Assembly (NCBI GenBank): GCA_965657355.1
Contig: CBFHOE010000005.1
Coordinates: 314,964-342,151, forward strand
Source of the DNA: Limisphaerales bacterium
GTDB lineage: Bacteria > Verrucomicrobiota > Verrucomicrobiia > Limisphaerales > JAJOIW01
Direction: 5' to 3'
Length of the DNA stretch: 27,188 nt
The notes beneath the pieces were generated by a model. It was not told where the DNA came from. It worked only from the letters and a program-made list of their open reading frames with translations, and made no database searches. Shown piece by piece: positions 10,301-18,929 of this stretch (positions are counted from its first letter, which is position 1; each line of letters starts with the position of its first letter). A program made the translations under genes and the position numbers.

Positions 10301-10470
10301 AGGAAGGCGACCCAATTGTCATAACTATTATGGGCGGAACACAACATACAATCGATGCTGAAAACATTGCTTCCAGAACAAAAATGAAAAAATCTCTCAT
10401 GCTTTCTGCTGGGCAGTTAAAACTAACGCCGCAAGATATCAAAGATCTCGTCGAATTTCTGAAGAAATAA
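7345..10470 (+). CDS. PVC-type heme-binding CxxCH protein (NPCBM/NEW2 domain, sugar-dehydrogenase-like beta-propeller, HEAT repeats, cytochrome c)
   Basis: Signal peptide; NPCBM-like DWADW...GIGTHANSIIEYDL; propeller motifs NPTNIDIDKDGRIWVAE, GPDGLWYFNHGN and FRPSDVSVGVDGAVYIADWYD; HEAT-like helices; CIMCH at 10111-10125 followed by FGPAL. Confidence 0.92.
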   Translation: MNKMTSLLILAVILSFFTSSAAEEGTGKPVFESEIIDTKKRQVEIRANIKGAKKLYLVVDDAGNYSHDWADWINPRLIGIDGELELTSLKWKKATQQWGKTRIGKNVSGGDIMLNGKILANGIGTHANSIIEYDLPSKDFHEFRATGIIDDGGIQDTDRSSVQFLVYTKLPAAREKKIARSSASVFDPSAYKNVEKLRREMFSTQVDLEISVWAESPLFYNPTNIDIDKDGRIWVAEGVRYRGAQGLRPKGDRIMVLQDTDLDGKADASHVFVQEEFLLAPLGIAVIDNKIIVSQTPSLLVYTDVNRNQRFDKEIDTREELLTGFQGRNHDHSLHSVTAGPDGLWYFNHGNCGATFTDKSGRTFRVGSPYMNQNVAGTRSDDGNIWLGGATYRMNPDGSHAQVIGHNYRNSYEQAVSSFGDVFQNDNDDPQACRTTFILEYGNAGFASSDGKRSWSADRRPGQSTKIAEWRQEDPGTMPAGDVYGGGAPTGIVHYENGSLGEKYQGLLLSCEPARNVVFGYYPKLEGAGFKLERFDFVTTNIEKDFAGADFRGGASWEKKKTLFRPSDVSVGVDGAVYIADWYDPRVGGHGMIDRTCYGTIYRIAPKGFKPKIPQLDLNTTSGQIEALKSPAVNVRNLGFTKLKSQGKKSVKPVSRLLGDKNPYIRARAIWLLSQLGDQGIKRIEKLLNSKSEETRITAYRALRRQNHNFIKMAEKMAKDPSPAVRREVAVSMRNVALNQGHEILLELARRFDGLDRTYLEALGTGCYGKEAQMFQILRKELGGDPLFWSQAFERIAWRLMTPAAIEGLSQRVLNQSLPNQSRKLAMDALAFINEGSAGEALVRVASMKNDPLSGDAKWWINHRHKNTWREFNHVKKLNSENNEAILKGFVTPDIPEDKLPATSEILALKGDYQKGKKTALRCIMCHRIGELGVDFGPALDGWGKKFNDEQIIEAITRPNKEIALGFEGVEIETKDGNKWQGRVIQEGDPIVITIMGGTQHTIDAENIASRTKMKKSLMLSAGQLKLTPQDIKDLVEFLKK

Positions 10471-10563
10471 TCAACTCGGCCGAGCTCCATTTCATAATCA
10501 AAAGTGTATCATGTCTCCTAGCATTTCTATTTTAGAATTGGCATTTTTTTGAGGCTGTCAAAA

Positions 10564-11055
10564 TTATTTAATGAAGTTCTTTTTCATTAAATTATTTAAT
10601 GATTCCGTTTTGTTATGAAGTTCATTGCAGGAGCCGAAAGATTTCTCTGATGCCTCCTCCATAAATTCGAGAATCTTACTCCTTAAGGAAGATGAGGTGT
10701 TTTTATTATGTCTCTCCGGGATTAATCGGAGCAATTCACTCCTCTTTTCCTTCAAATCAAACACAATAGAAAGGGCTCGTTCGAAGCTTATCTTTGAGCA
10801 CTCCAATTCATTCAATAAATGGCACCTAAACGTTCGGCAGCATTGGGGACGATGAGCATATACAGAGCATTGACATTCCTCCAAAGCATTACAAGGCTGC
10901 AACAATAATGGTTCAGCTTGAGAGTCATCGACTCTTAGGCCGAGGTCTTCACAGCGGTCCAACTCATCGTCGTTCTCAAGCTCAATATCTTCAAAGAAAG
11001 TTCCATCACAGCATAAACCACATTGAACACACAGCTTTGAAGCTAGATCCGACAT
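10564..11055 (-). CDS. YkgJ family cysteine-cluster (CxxCxxCC) protein
   Basis: CVQCGLCC...QPCNAL...CSVYAHRPQCCRTFRC. Confidence 0.9.
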   Translation of the reverse strand: MSDLASKLCVQCGLCCDGTFFEDIELENDDELDRCEDLGLRVDDSQAEPLLLQPCNALEECQCSVYAHRPQCCRTFRCHLLNELECSKISFERALSIVFDLKEKRSELLRLIPERHNKNTSSSLRSKILEFMEEASEKSFGSCNELHNKTESLNNLMKKNFIK

Positions 11056-11085
11056 TTAGTTCATTTTTATAGACTATTGACTAGT

Positions 11086-12231
11086 CTACTCTGCATTTGC
11101 TTTCCGGGAGCGCTCTCGGGCAGCCGCCCGAATCTTTTTCCGGGCTTCTTCCAATCGGTCTGGCCACACGAACTTGGGAGCTTTAGATGGATCATACCCT
11201 TCGAGATGCCCATTAAGTCGAGTCACTGGTTTGGTGTATTTTAAAACGGTATCTCCAAAGACTTCTCTACATAAATCAGCTAATCCAGGGTCGTATTCTA
11301 TGAGCTCGGCACGGGTATTCACATGGTTGTGATCGTGATCATTTTCCCTGTTATCATCGAACCAACTTTGTACGCCTTCAGCAAAGTATTCATGATGATT
11401 AACAGATGCATATTTCCCTTTCCATAAGCCCGCATTCATAGCTTCATCATATGCCTTTCGAACGCGGCTATCAAAACTGGGATCGACATTAGTCATTCCT
11501 CGCAAATGAATATTATGGGCAAATTCATGAATAAAGATATTTTCTGCTGCATAAGGGTCCCCTTCATAACCCAGAAGATTTTCTTCAGCACAGGAACAAT
11601 ATGGATCGGTAATACTACCTCCCATTCCGCGTGCTCGAGCATCGCGGTAATCCGAAGGAAGAATGCCCGGAAAGCCGGGAATAGGGTGTCTCCCTAACCA
11701 CTTCCATTCTGGTTGGTCGGTAGTAAATTCGTTCCAGGCTAAGATACTTAGACGAGCCCCACTTTTAATCATTGCGTCTCGAACATCAGGACGCTTGGCG
11801 AGCATCATATTGGCTAAGTATACCGCCTCCTTCAAAGCATATGGGCTGACTTTCTCGGAAGCAACAATTGGAAATCCACCAGCACTAGCGCGTTGTTTGT
11901 AAAATGAAGGAATCCCATCCTTGTCGGGCGGATCGTATCTATAACCCTGAACCAGAACCTGGCTTACAATTGTATGCTCCGTTTTGTCATCGACCCCAAC
12001 AACGGCAAATTTATGCCCCAGGGTTGTTGTTATAAACTTATCCTCTCCCGGATAAATCAAGCCATTAGGAATACGTTCCTTCTCAGATTTGAGCCAAAAA
12101 ATTTCAACAGCCTGATCACTTGCATTGAGGATTCTTAGACGAGGTCGCGGCGTATCTCTGCCAGCCACAAATCCGGGCAGCGCAAAAAGAACATGAGTGA
12201 TGAGAATAATGAATAAAATTTTATGTTTCAT
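11086..12231 (-). CDS. Secreted protein: VHL beta-domain-like module plus HExxH zinc metallopeptidase-like domain
   Basis: Signal peptide; RLRILNASDQAVEIFWL...IYPGE...TTLGHKFAV; IHEFAHNIH; EYFAEGVQSWF. Confidence 0.82.
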   Translation of the reverse strand: MKHKILFIILITHVLFALPGFVAGRDTPRPRLRILNASDQAVEIFWLKSEKERIPNGLIYPGEDKFITTTLGHKFAVVGVDDKTEHTIVSQVLVQGYRYDPPDKDGIPSFYKQRASAGGFPIVASEKVSPYALKEAVYLANMMLAKRPDVRDAMIKSGARLSILAWNEFTTDQPEWKWLGRHPIPGFPGILPSDYRDARARGMGGSITDPYCSCAEENLLGYEGDPYAAENIFIHEFAHNIHLRGMTNVDPSFDSRVRKAYDEAMNAGLWKGKYASVNHHEYFAEGVQSWFDDNRENDHDHNHVNTRAELIEYDPGLADLCREVFGDTVLKYTKPVTRLNGHLEGYDPSKAPKFVWPDRLEEARKKIRAAARERSRKANAE

Positions 12232-12271
12232 TTCGTCATTAAAATGATTTACGGCATTTCAAACTAAAATA

Positions 12272-14149
12272 TTATGGCCTGTCGACAAGCTCAATAAGCT
12301 GCAAAGTACCATGCCCATTAGATAATGTCAGGTCCAGAGCCTTCTTGCTTGCCTGATCGAGTATGGAAACTCCAAATGTAGATATTTTATCCCACTCAAG
12401 TATTTTACCTTCAGCGTGATTAAAGTCGTTACGATTAATTTTTATTACAACGAGGTTCTCCCCGTGTATGCTTTTCGTGTAGGTGAAATCACCTAGATTA
12501 TATCCACGCCTTAAAAATTTACTACCTATCCTCAACCTTAATAAAAGATTTCTTCCTTCAGGATTTATAGTGAGACAAAGTTGTTTTTCTTGAGATGTAT
12601 CGAGTTCTGGATTTTGAAATTTATAAGTCTGAATGCCTCGCCCGTCCCTGCTAGACCAATCCCTAGTTCCATGCTTAAAGTCTTCAAAAACCATGTCTGT
12701 TTTTTTCAGTCTCCGAAGTCCGTCAAGATTGACCTCTTCGGGAAGAAAAACATGTTCGCGAGTATTGAGCGTGAATGCTGAGGATTCGCCTCTTTCTAAA
12801 GGCACAGTTTTTGACAAGCTATAGCGACAAAGCCCAAAAACATAGAGTGGCAGACCTTCTTCTATTTTAAGTTCGGCTATCCATTGATTTTCTGAACGAG
12901 TCGCCTTTGCGGTTTTCCAGAATCGAGTTCGGGAATTCGGGTCATAGCTATAATAAATTTCTGTATTTAGAAGCCTGCTTTGAGATAAAGGCGTGACTGT
13001 GAACTGAGCAGATTTATCACGAACCACAAGATTGGAAGGAGGAGTTAGGGGAATATTTTCATTTTCCCCTTTAAGGTATTTATTGAACCAAAGGTTGAGA
13101 AGAACCCATTGCTGAGGGCCAGGTCCATGGTTTTGATGGACATTACACGAAACTCGCCATTGATTGTGACTTAAAAGAGCCATTGATTGATAAATTCTTT
13201 CGAATGTTGAGTGGAAATCATTGGATGAAGTGATAAACAAAACGGGACATGCAACCATCGGCCAGTATGCGCTGGCATCGATCGTTGATTTATACAATTC
13301 CAAGTGCTTGAAATGTCCTCGAATACTGCTTCCCCGAATTCCCCCAGGAAAATCTATATATTTAAATCCTGTTCCTCCAACAAATGGCGCGACAGCCTTA
13401 AGTCGCGGATCAAAAGCGACGAGAGCTGTTATCATCCCACCCATTGAATACCCGGAAAATCCTATGCTGCTTGGATCAACCTCTGATTGTTGTTCCAAAA
13501 ATGTTAGTGCTCGCCTACCAGCAAGCGCCAATATAAACCAATTCGAATTTCTAGGACTTGGGATTGGGTCAATGGTAAATTTGTCAGGTAACAAATTTTG
13601 TTTCCAGCTATCGCGTAATGCTTTTGGATAAAATCGTGGACCTTGTGTAGGATCAACTCGTCCCCAATCAGTATTTTCTTTGATACCTTCCTCCAAAGAA
13701 CGACCTAACCAATTTATATCTAATGTGGCAAATCCCATCTGGGCAAAATATATACCTCTTGTTCTCTCTGCTCTTTGACCACCACCATGGCTCCAAACAA
13801 AAGCTGGATTCTTCATACCGTTGTCAGGAAATGAATAGTAGGCAGCTATGCGCGAATCGGCACCTTTGAAAATTCCAACTTTGAAAGTAACGTATCGGGT
13901 TATTACTCCATCTTGTTTCCACTCTCTGATGACATTCGTTTCTAATGCCTCCTTCCGTGGATCATAATCCGACCACAGTTCCTTAGCACTGGCCGGCAGC
14001 ATTTCAGAATTGGAATACGGTATGAGGGTATCTTCAAAAGCAACAGACTGATCCTTTAGTAAAAAGTTAGTTATTAATACGAGGTAGATAAACCAAGCTT
14101 TATGTGAGAAATAAGAACCAAGGTTAGTCTTTGTGATGTATTCTTTCAT
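12272..14149 (-). CDS. Alpha/beta-hydrolase (dienelactone hydrolase / acetyl esterase-like) with C-terminal accessory beta domains
   Basis: HGGG oxyanion motif and GYSMGG nucleophile elbow, with candidate Asp (SSNDFH) and His (HQNHG). Confidence 0.85.
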   Translation of the reverse strand: MKEYITKTNLGSYFSHKAWFIYLVLITNFLLKDQSVAFEDTLIPYSNSEMLPASAKELWSDYDPRKEALETNVIREWKQDGVITRYVTFKVGIFKGADSRIAAYYSFPDNGMKNPAFVWSHGGGQRAERTRGIYFAQMGFATLDINWLGRSLEEGIKENTDWGRVDPTQGPRFYPKALRDSWKQNLLPDKFTIDPIPSPRNSNWFILALAGRRALTFLEQQSEVDPSSIGFSGYSMGGMITALVAFDPRLKAVAPFVGGTGFKYIDFPGGIRGSSIRGHFKHLELYKSTIDASAYWPMVACPVLFITSSNDFHSTFERIYQSMALLSHNQWRVSCNVHQNHGPGPQQWVLLNLWFNKYLKGENENIPLTPPSNLVVRDKSAQFTVTPLSQSRLLNTEIYYSYDPNSRTRFWKTAKATRSENQWIAELKIEEGLPLYVFGLCRYSLSKTVPLERGESSAFTLNTREHVFLPEEVNLDGLRRLKKTDMVFEDFKHGTRDWSSRDGRGIQTYKFQNPELDTSQEKQLCLTINPEGRNLLLRLRIGSKFLRRGYNLGDFTYTKSIHGENLVVIKINRNDFNHAEGKILEWDKISTFGVSILDQASKKALDLTLSNGHGTLQLIELVDRP

Positions 14150-14161
14150 ATATGCATCTTT

Positions 14162-15664
14162 TTATGAATTGCCGCCAGGAGTAAGCTCACTCAGGTGGAG
14201 CTTTATTTGATACAATTCTTCTCCGCTTTCATGAATGAGGCGGTAATGGATTTGAGGATCATCTAAAGAAGCATCGACGGTAAATTCACCGAAGGCGTAT
14301 TTTTTTTGAAAAGCATAGAGTGCATTAGGGTTCTCTTTGGCTTTTATTGCTGGCCCTGTCCGCCCGCCTAATGTGGCAGCTTCAAATTCATAGAATGTAT
14401 ACCCTGAAGGCCGTGGTATTTTAAACCCACAGGCTCCGTGCCGATCACCGGATAAGAGAACAACACCTGAGATGTTGTTCTCCTCGATAAATTGAAATAT
14501 TTCTTCTCTTCCCTCTGGGTCGAATTTGCCCCATGAGTCTTTCCCATTACTGATATGGTCAGTCCACATGGTTCCACAAGTGATTATAATAAATGGCCCT
14601 TTACAATCCAGGAGCTGCTCCTTCAACCAATTTGTTTGATCATTACCAAGGAAACCGCGTTTTTCACCAGTTCGAAAATATCGATTATCTAGCATAAGCA
14701 CGTCGCACGGACCGAACCGCGTTCGAAAGAAAATACCGCCACCATTGTTATTGAAACCGTAACTTGGATTGTTCCAGGCCTGACTGAATACCTGGCGAAC
14801 GGAATCTCGGTCGAAATCTGTAAAACCTCTTGGGACACCAGCCAGGTCATTATCAAAGTAGTCGTGATCGTCCCATGTAACGTAGGTTGGAATTGATGCT
14901 GAAAGAGATCTCCAAGCAGGGAAGAAGTCCCGAATTTGATAGTCCGACCTATGTTTACCAAAATGATTTCTCTTGTCTTGAGCCCCAACATCACCGTACA
15001 TGAGAAATGCACTCGGCTTTCGTTTCATTATCATATCGGCTTGTTGTTGATTGCCAAGCCCCCAACGGTGGGGGCACGTCCCGAAGGCTATTCGGATTCG
15101 ATCATTTCCCGGTAAAGTCGATATAGAAGCGTTTGATGGTAATTGAATCTGCCGGCCATTAACTTCCACAGAATAGGTATAAGACGTATTTGGCTTTAAT
15201 CCATCTAAAGGAATTAAAGCGACCAAATCAGTCTCATTAGAACTGGAGATCGGCCCGAAACTGTAAGTCTTACCTCCGGAATATAATACCACTTTCACTT
15301 CCATGGGCTTCGTGGTGCGGATCCATATCTTTGCACTTGTCTCTGTAATACAACCAAGCATTGGTCCGCCAAGATGAGTAATGTCATGCTTCCGGCAAAA
15401 GGTTTGAAAGGATTCATTTCGTGCCACGTCGGCATAACTGCTCAGCTTATGTTGTGAGAGAATAGAATCGATGATTGTGTATAGTGATTGTGTCTCTTTG
15501 GGTTGATCGCCCCATAAATTTAAAAGCTTTAAACCATCAATTTTACTAAGAGCCTTCCCCGAGCTATAACCGTCCAACGGAACAGCCTTTTCTAAAGAAA
15601 AGGTTTTTGAGAAAGGGAGGATTGAGGCCACCATCAAAAAAAAGCGTCTAGAAATTTTAGTCAT
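14162..15664 (-). CDS. Alkaline phosphatase D (PhoD)-family metallophosphoesterase, Tat-like signal
   Basis: SRRFFL twin-arginine motif after ATG 15664; Fn3-like GLKPNTSYTY; FGTC, TWDDHDYFDND, LDNRYFR and LSGDRH. Confidence 0.88.
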   Translation of the reverse strand: MTKISRRFFLMVASILPFSKTFSLEKAVPLDGYSSGKALSKIDGLKLLNLWGDQPKETQSLYTIIDSILSQHKLSSYADVARNESFQTFCRKHDITHLGGPMLGCITETSAKIWIRTTKPMEVKVVLYSGGKTYSFGPISSSNETDLVALIPLDGLKPNTSYTYSVEVNGRQIQLPSNASISTLPGNDRIRIAFGTCPHRWGLGNQQQADMIMKRKPSAFLMYGDVGAQDKRNHFGKHRSDYQIRDFFPAWRSLSASIPTYVTWDDHDYFDNDLAGVPRGFTDFDRDSVRQVFSQAWNNPSYGFNNNGGGIFFRTRFGPCDVLMLDNRYFRTGEKRGFLGNDQTNWLKEQLLDCKGPFIIITCGTMWTDHISNGKDSWGKFDPEGREEIFQFIEENNISGVVLLSGDRHGACGFKIPRPSGYTFYEFEAATLGGRTGPAIKAKENPNALYAFQKKYAFGEFTVDASLDDPQIHYRLIHESGEELYQIKLHLSELTPGGNS

Positions 15665-15747
15665 CGCATGATTGAGTTGCCTCGATAATATGCTTTTTAC
15701 AGCTGCCACTCAATTTTTTAGAAATTATGGCTCTTTATATGAGTGAG

Positions 15748-16179
15748 TCATACATCAAAAAACTTATACATGTATAAGTGCTCAATGCCAGCTTCAGTAA
15801 AAGTCTGGCCTTTTTCTAGATAACCTCGTTTTTTATAGAAATCTATAGCGTGAACTTGTCCATGTAGAAAGACTTGCTCCAGCCCTTGGTTTCTGGCCTC
15901 GTTCTCCAGGGTTTCTAAAATTAAAGTTCCAATTCCTGTGTTTCTATGGGTTTTCCTTACAGCCAGTCGACCAATTTTACCTGTTTGAGATAGTCGACCA
16001 GTTCCAATCGCTTCACCTGATTCTGCCAACGCGAGCGCGAATGTGCTTTCTGCATCCTTACCATCAAACTCAATCGTTTCAGGGACATTCTGTTCCCAAA
16101 TGAAGACCTCATTGCGAATGGATCTTATATCATCTTGGTAATCTTTATAATCCACAATGAGAGTTCGGTAGCCTTCCAC
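15748..16179 (-). CDS. GNAT family N-acetyltransferase (ElaA/YjcF-like)
   Basis: IRNEVFIWEQ, KIGRLAVRKTHRNTGIG, AIDFYKKRGY and FTEAGIEH. Start uncertain (GTG 16179 versus TTG 16239). Confidence 0.88.
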   Translation of the reverse strand: MEGYRTLIVDYKDYQDDIRSIRNEVFIWEQNVPETIEFDGKDAESTFALALAESGEAIGTGRLSQTGKIGRLAVRKTHRNTGIGTLILETLENEARNQGLEQVFLHGQVHAIDFYKKRGYLEKGQTFTEAGIEHLYMYKFFDV

Positions 16180-16373
16180 AAGAAATATTGTTTTCAATCT
16201 AAATACCCCACACAAGGAAATTAATCTAATTTGCCTCAAAACCAGGGTAGTACCACGTCACTCTTTTGATACGCAAAAATGATTTTTACTTGAGAAAAAA
16301 CATGCGTCAAACCACAGAAATTGTGGGCTTGTACCAGCCTGAAGATCGGGCACAATACAAGCTACATACCCAT

Positions 16374-17819
16374 TTATTCGAAAAAGTATTTGTCATAATT
16401 TAACTGAAGTCGATTTTTTTTGTATTTCCCATTTATTTTGCATGCATTGATTTCACGCTTGAGTGCCTTAACGTTAGCTATATTCAACAGAGGGTCTTTA
16501 GTTTTATGCCGCCAGAGATTTAGCTGCTCTTTCAAAAGAGCTAAAATTCCTTTGTGCTCACTGCTTTCAGCCAAATTTTTGAATTCAAAAGGATCTGTAT
16601 GCAAATCATACAATTGAAATTCCGGAGGTTTTTCCATTAATACATAAGCATTTTTGATGTGTTCGGGGGCCTCATTAATAATTTCATCTAAATCGACATA
16701 AAATTTACTTTTAGTAAATTCATAACCCGGGTTTATTTCATTAGGTTGTAGATTAAGTATCAGTTTGAATCGATTGTTTCTTATAGTTCTTTGAGGGTAA
16801 TAATTATGGGCTGAATGAGTATGGTATTCCGTAAAAATATATTCTCTCCAGGCAATTTCTCTATTTTTAATGAGAGGCATCAAAGATCTCCCTGGCAATT
16901 TGAATTCTGGCTTTATGCCGACGATGTCCAAAAATGTTGGGAAAAGATCTATTGTTGATGTCAGCTCGCGCACGCTCCTATTTGGTCTTACGATTTCAGG
17001 ACATCTAATAATCAAAGGAATCTTTAAGCCCCCTTCATAAGAAGTTCTCTTTCCTCTCAACATATCTGCACCATGATCACCGAGGTAAACAACAATTGTA
17101 TTTTTACTTTTTCCAGAATGATCAAGTGCACTCAATAGGTCTCCGATTAGTGAGTCTAATCTACTCAACGAGTTGTAATAATTTGCAGTGTCTTCTCTTA
17201 GAGCCTGGTGATCCAACCCGAAATACCCAAGTGGTTTAACATCTTCAGAGGTCAACGGCATAGGGGGTAGTTTGTTAACCTGACGAAGAAAAGGCCGATG
17301 CGGATCTGGGTAATTGACGCTCAGAAAAAAAGGCATTTCAGATGCATTGATAAATTCTTCGGCAAACTGTGAATACTCCTCTAAATTTTTTCTAGAAAAA
17401 TTGGCAGAGGGAATTTTTTTAAAATCAAAAGGAAATGCCTCCTCGGGGTTGACATGCAATTTACCTATAATCCCTGTCCGATATCCAAATTGTTTAAATA
17501 CAGAGATTAAATTTGGAGTGCGTTTCGAATACATGCGGAATTTCCATGTAGCCAAACCAATTTGCCCATTTTGATGAGGGTAAAGACCAGTGAGAAGTGA
17601 AGCCCTCGATTGACTGCAACCAGCTTGCGGAACGTATGCATTTTCAAATAAAATCCCTTCTTCAGCGAGCCTATCCAAATTTGGTGTTTTGACAAATGGC
17701 TCTCCATAACATCCCAACTCCGGACCATTATCTTCTGATATTATTAAAAGAATATTAGGTGTCGCTCGAGTATCAATTAAACTAAAAAAACAAAAGCAAA
17801 GACAAAATAAATTTTTCAT
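16374..17819 (-). CDS. Formylglycine-dependent sulfatase (N-sulfoglucosamine sulfohydrolase-like)
   Basis: PNILLIISED, CSQSRASLLTGLYPHQNG, GKLH, DPHRPF, GDHG and QLYDLHTDPFE; signal peptide. Confidence 0.93.
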   Translation of the reverse strand: MKNLFCLCFCFFSLIDTRATPNILLIISEDNGPELGCYGEPFVKTPNLDRLAEEGILFENAYVPQAGCSQSRASLLTGLYPHQNGQIGLATWKFRMYSKRTPNLISVFKQFGYRTGIIGKLHVNPEEAFPFDFKKIPSANFSRKNLEEYSQFAEEFINASEMPFFLSVNYPDPHRPFLRQVNKLPPMPLTSEDVKPLGYFGLDHQALREDTANYYNSLSRLDSLIGDLLSALDHSGKSKNTIVVYLGDHGADMLRGKRTSYEGGLKIPLIIRCPEIVRPNRSVRELTSTIDLFPTFLDIVGIKPEFKLPGRSLMPLIKNREIAWREYIFTEYHTHSAHNYYPQRTIRNNRFKLILNLQPNEINPGYEFTKSKFYVDLDEIINEAPEHIKNAYVLMEKPPEFQLYDLHTDPFEFKNLAESSEHKGILALLKEQLNLWRHKTKDPLLNIANVKALKREINACKINGKYKKNRLQLNYDKYFFE

Positions 17820-17821
17820 AT

Positions 17822-18148
17822 CTACTTACCATCGTATCTGAATTCGGAATAGCGAGAGTCATACAACAGGTCACCATAAGGGACCGTCAGGCATGCTGTA
17901 AGTCCAGTGCTAAAAATATTGGCAGAACTATTTGCAAGGAATTTTATGCCGGATGTACAATAAGATTTTTGGTAATAAAAAAGAAAAAGAGCAAATGGAT
18001 CAGCCCAGCCATATGCCTCATTTTTTTGTATTCCGCCAAAACCCAATAGAAAGGGCAACCTCAAAGGAGTCAGAAAACTCCCAGCCACTTTGCTAGAGAT
18101 TTCTCTGAAATCGAGTCTATAAAACCGCCATTGTACAAGTCGAGACAC
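17822..18148 (-). CDS. Possible hypothetical protein or gene remnant
   Basis: 108-aa ORF that fills the gap and stops 2 nt before the sulfatase ATG. It has a GTG start and no recognisable motif. Confidence 0.25.
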   Translation of the reverse strand: MSRLVQWRFYRLDFREISSKVAGSFLTPLRLPFLLGFGGIQKNEAYGWADPFALFLFYYQKSYCTSGIKFLANSSANIFSTGLTACLTVPYGDLLYDSRYSEFRYDGK

Positions 18149-18200
18149 GGCACTATGTTAGATTAAGTTATTTGAGCATCAAGAAATATTACTCAATGTA

Positions 18201-18593
18201 TTACTTAATCTCGGCTTGAGCTAATCGTTTAGCCTGGTGAGATTTTAGGTTAATAAATGCTAGGACGAATAGACTGAGGTTAATTGTGAAAGGATTGAAA
18301 GCATCTGTAAATAATACAGGCAAAGTCAGTATCAGGGCAATGGTCACGCCCGATGAAAAGAGTAGCACAGGGTACATTGGCCATTTGGAATTAAAGAAAA
18401 TAAGAACTACCGCGGAAAAGGCAATTTCAGCCCAACCAGAAAGCTGAAGTGCCAATTGCTCCGATAACATCGGAATCAGTGTGTCGTTCATTAAAATCTC
18501 TTGTTCACTACCGAAGAGGATTTTTGGCACGAGACCATGATAAAAGAATATTATAAATATAGATACCCGTGTAATTAAATAGATCTCATGCAT
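18201..18593 (-). CDS. DoxX-like family membrane protein
   Basis: Four hydrophobic segments with the signature FFYHGLVPK...GWAE...AFNPFTINL. Confidence 0.85.
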   Translation of the reverse strand: MHEIYLITRVSIFIIFFYHGLVPKILFGSEQEILMNDTLIPMLSEQLALQLSGWAEIAFSAVVLIFFNSKWPMYPVLLFSSGVTIALILTLPVLFTDAFNPFTINLSLFVLAFINLKSHQAKRLAQAEIK

Positions 18594-18798
18594 TAGTGTT
18601 TGGTGTTCTTGGTTTTAGTCGCCATCATTAAGTTTTCATGGAAATGAAACTTTGCAATGAAGAGCGCTACTTTTTCATCATTCGCCTCAAACCAATGCGC
18701 GGGAATCGGGATCGGTCAAAATGTCAACCCTCGATGTGGTCTGCCCATTCAACTTCCTAAGCGAGCCAATACATTGTATTAAAGGATGTTTAAAAACA

Positions 18799-18832
18799 TG
18801 AAAAGAACGATAGGTGCTACTCGTTCTTTTCA
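18799..18832 (-). terminator. Probable intrinsic (possibly bidirectional) terminator downstream of the SASA esterase
   Basis: TGAAAAGAACGA (18799-18810) pairs with TCGTTCTTTTCA (18821-18832). On the minus strand the stem is followed by TTTTCATGTTTTT, about 100 nt past the stop at 18930. Confidence 0.65.
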
Positions 18833-18929
18833 CGATAAAAGGGTTTAAATATTTATTATCAATAATAAAAAATTACAGGTATCAGAAATCTTCCTACCAG
18901 ATTAGTTCACGATTGGGAATTGGCTTTCT

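Noticed and set aside
10475..10484. Palindrome CTCGGCCGAG after the cytochrome gene stop
   Set aside because: No loop and no clear U-tract; too short to call a terminator.
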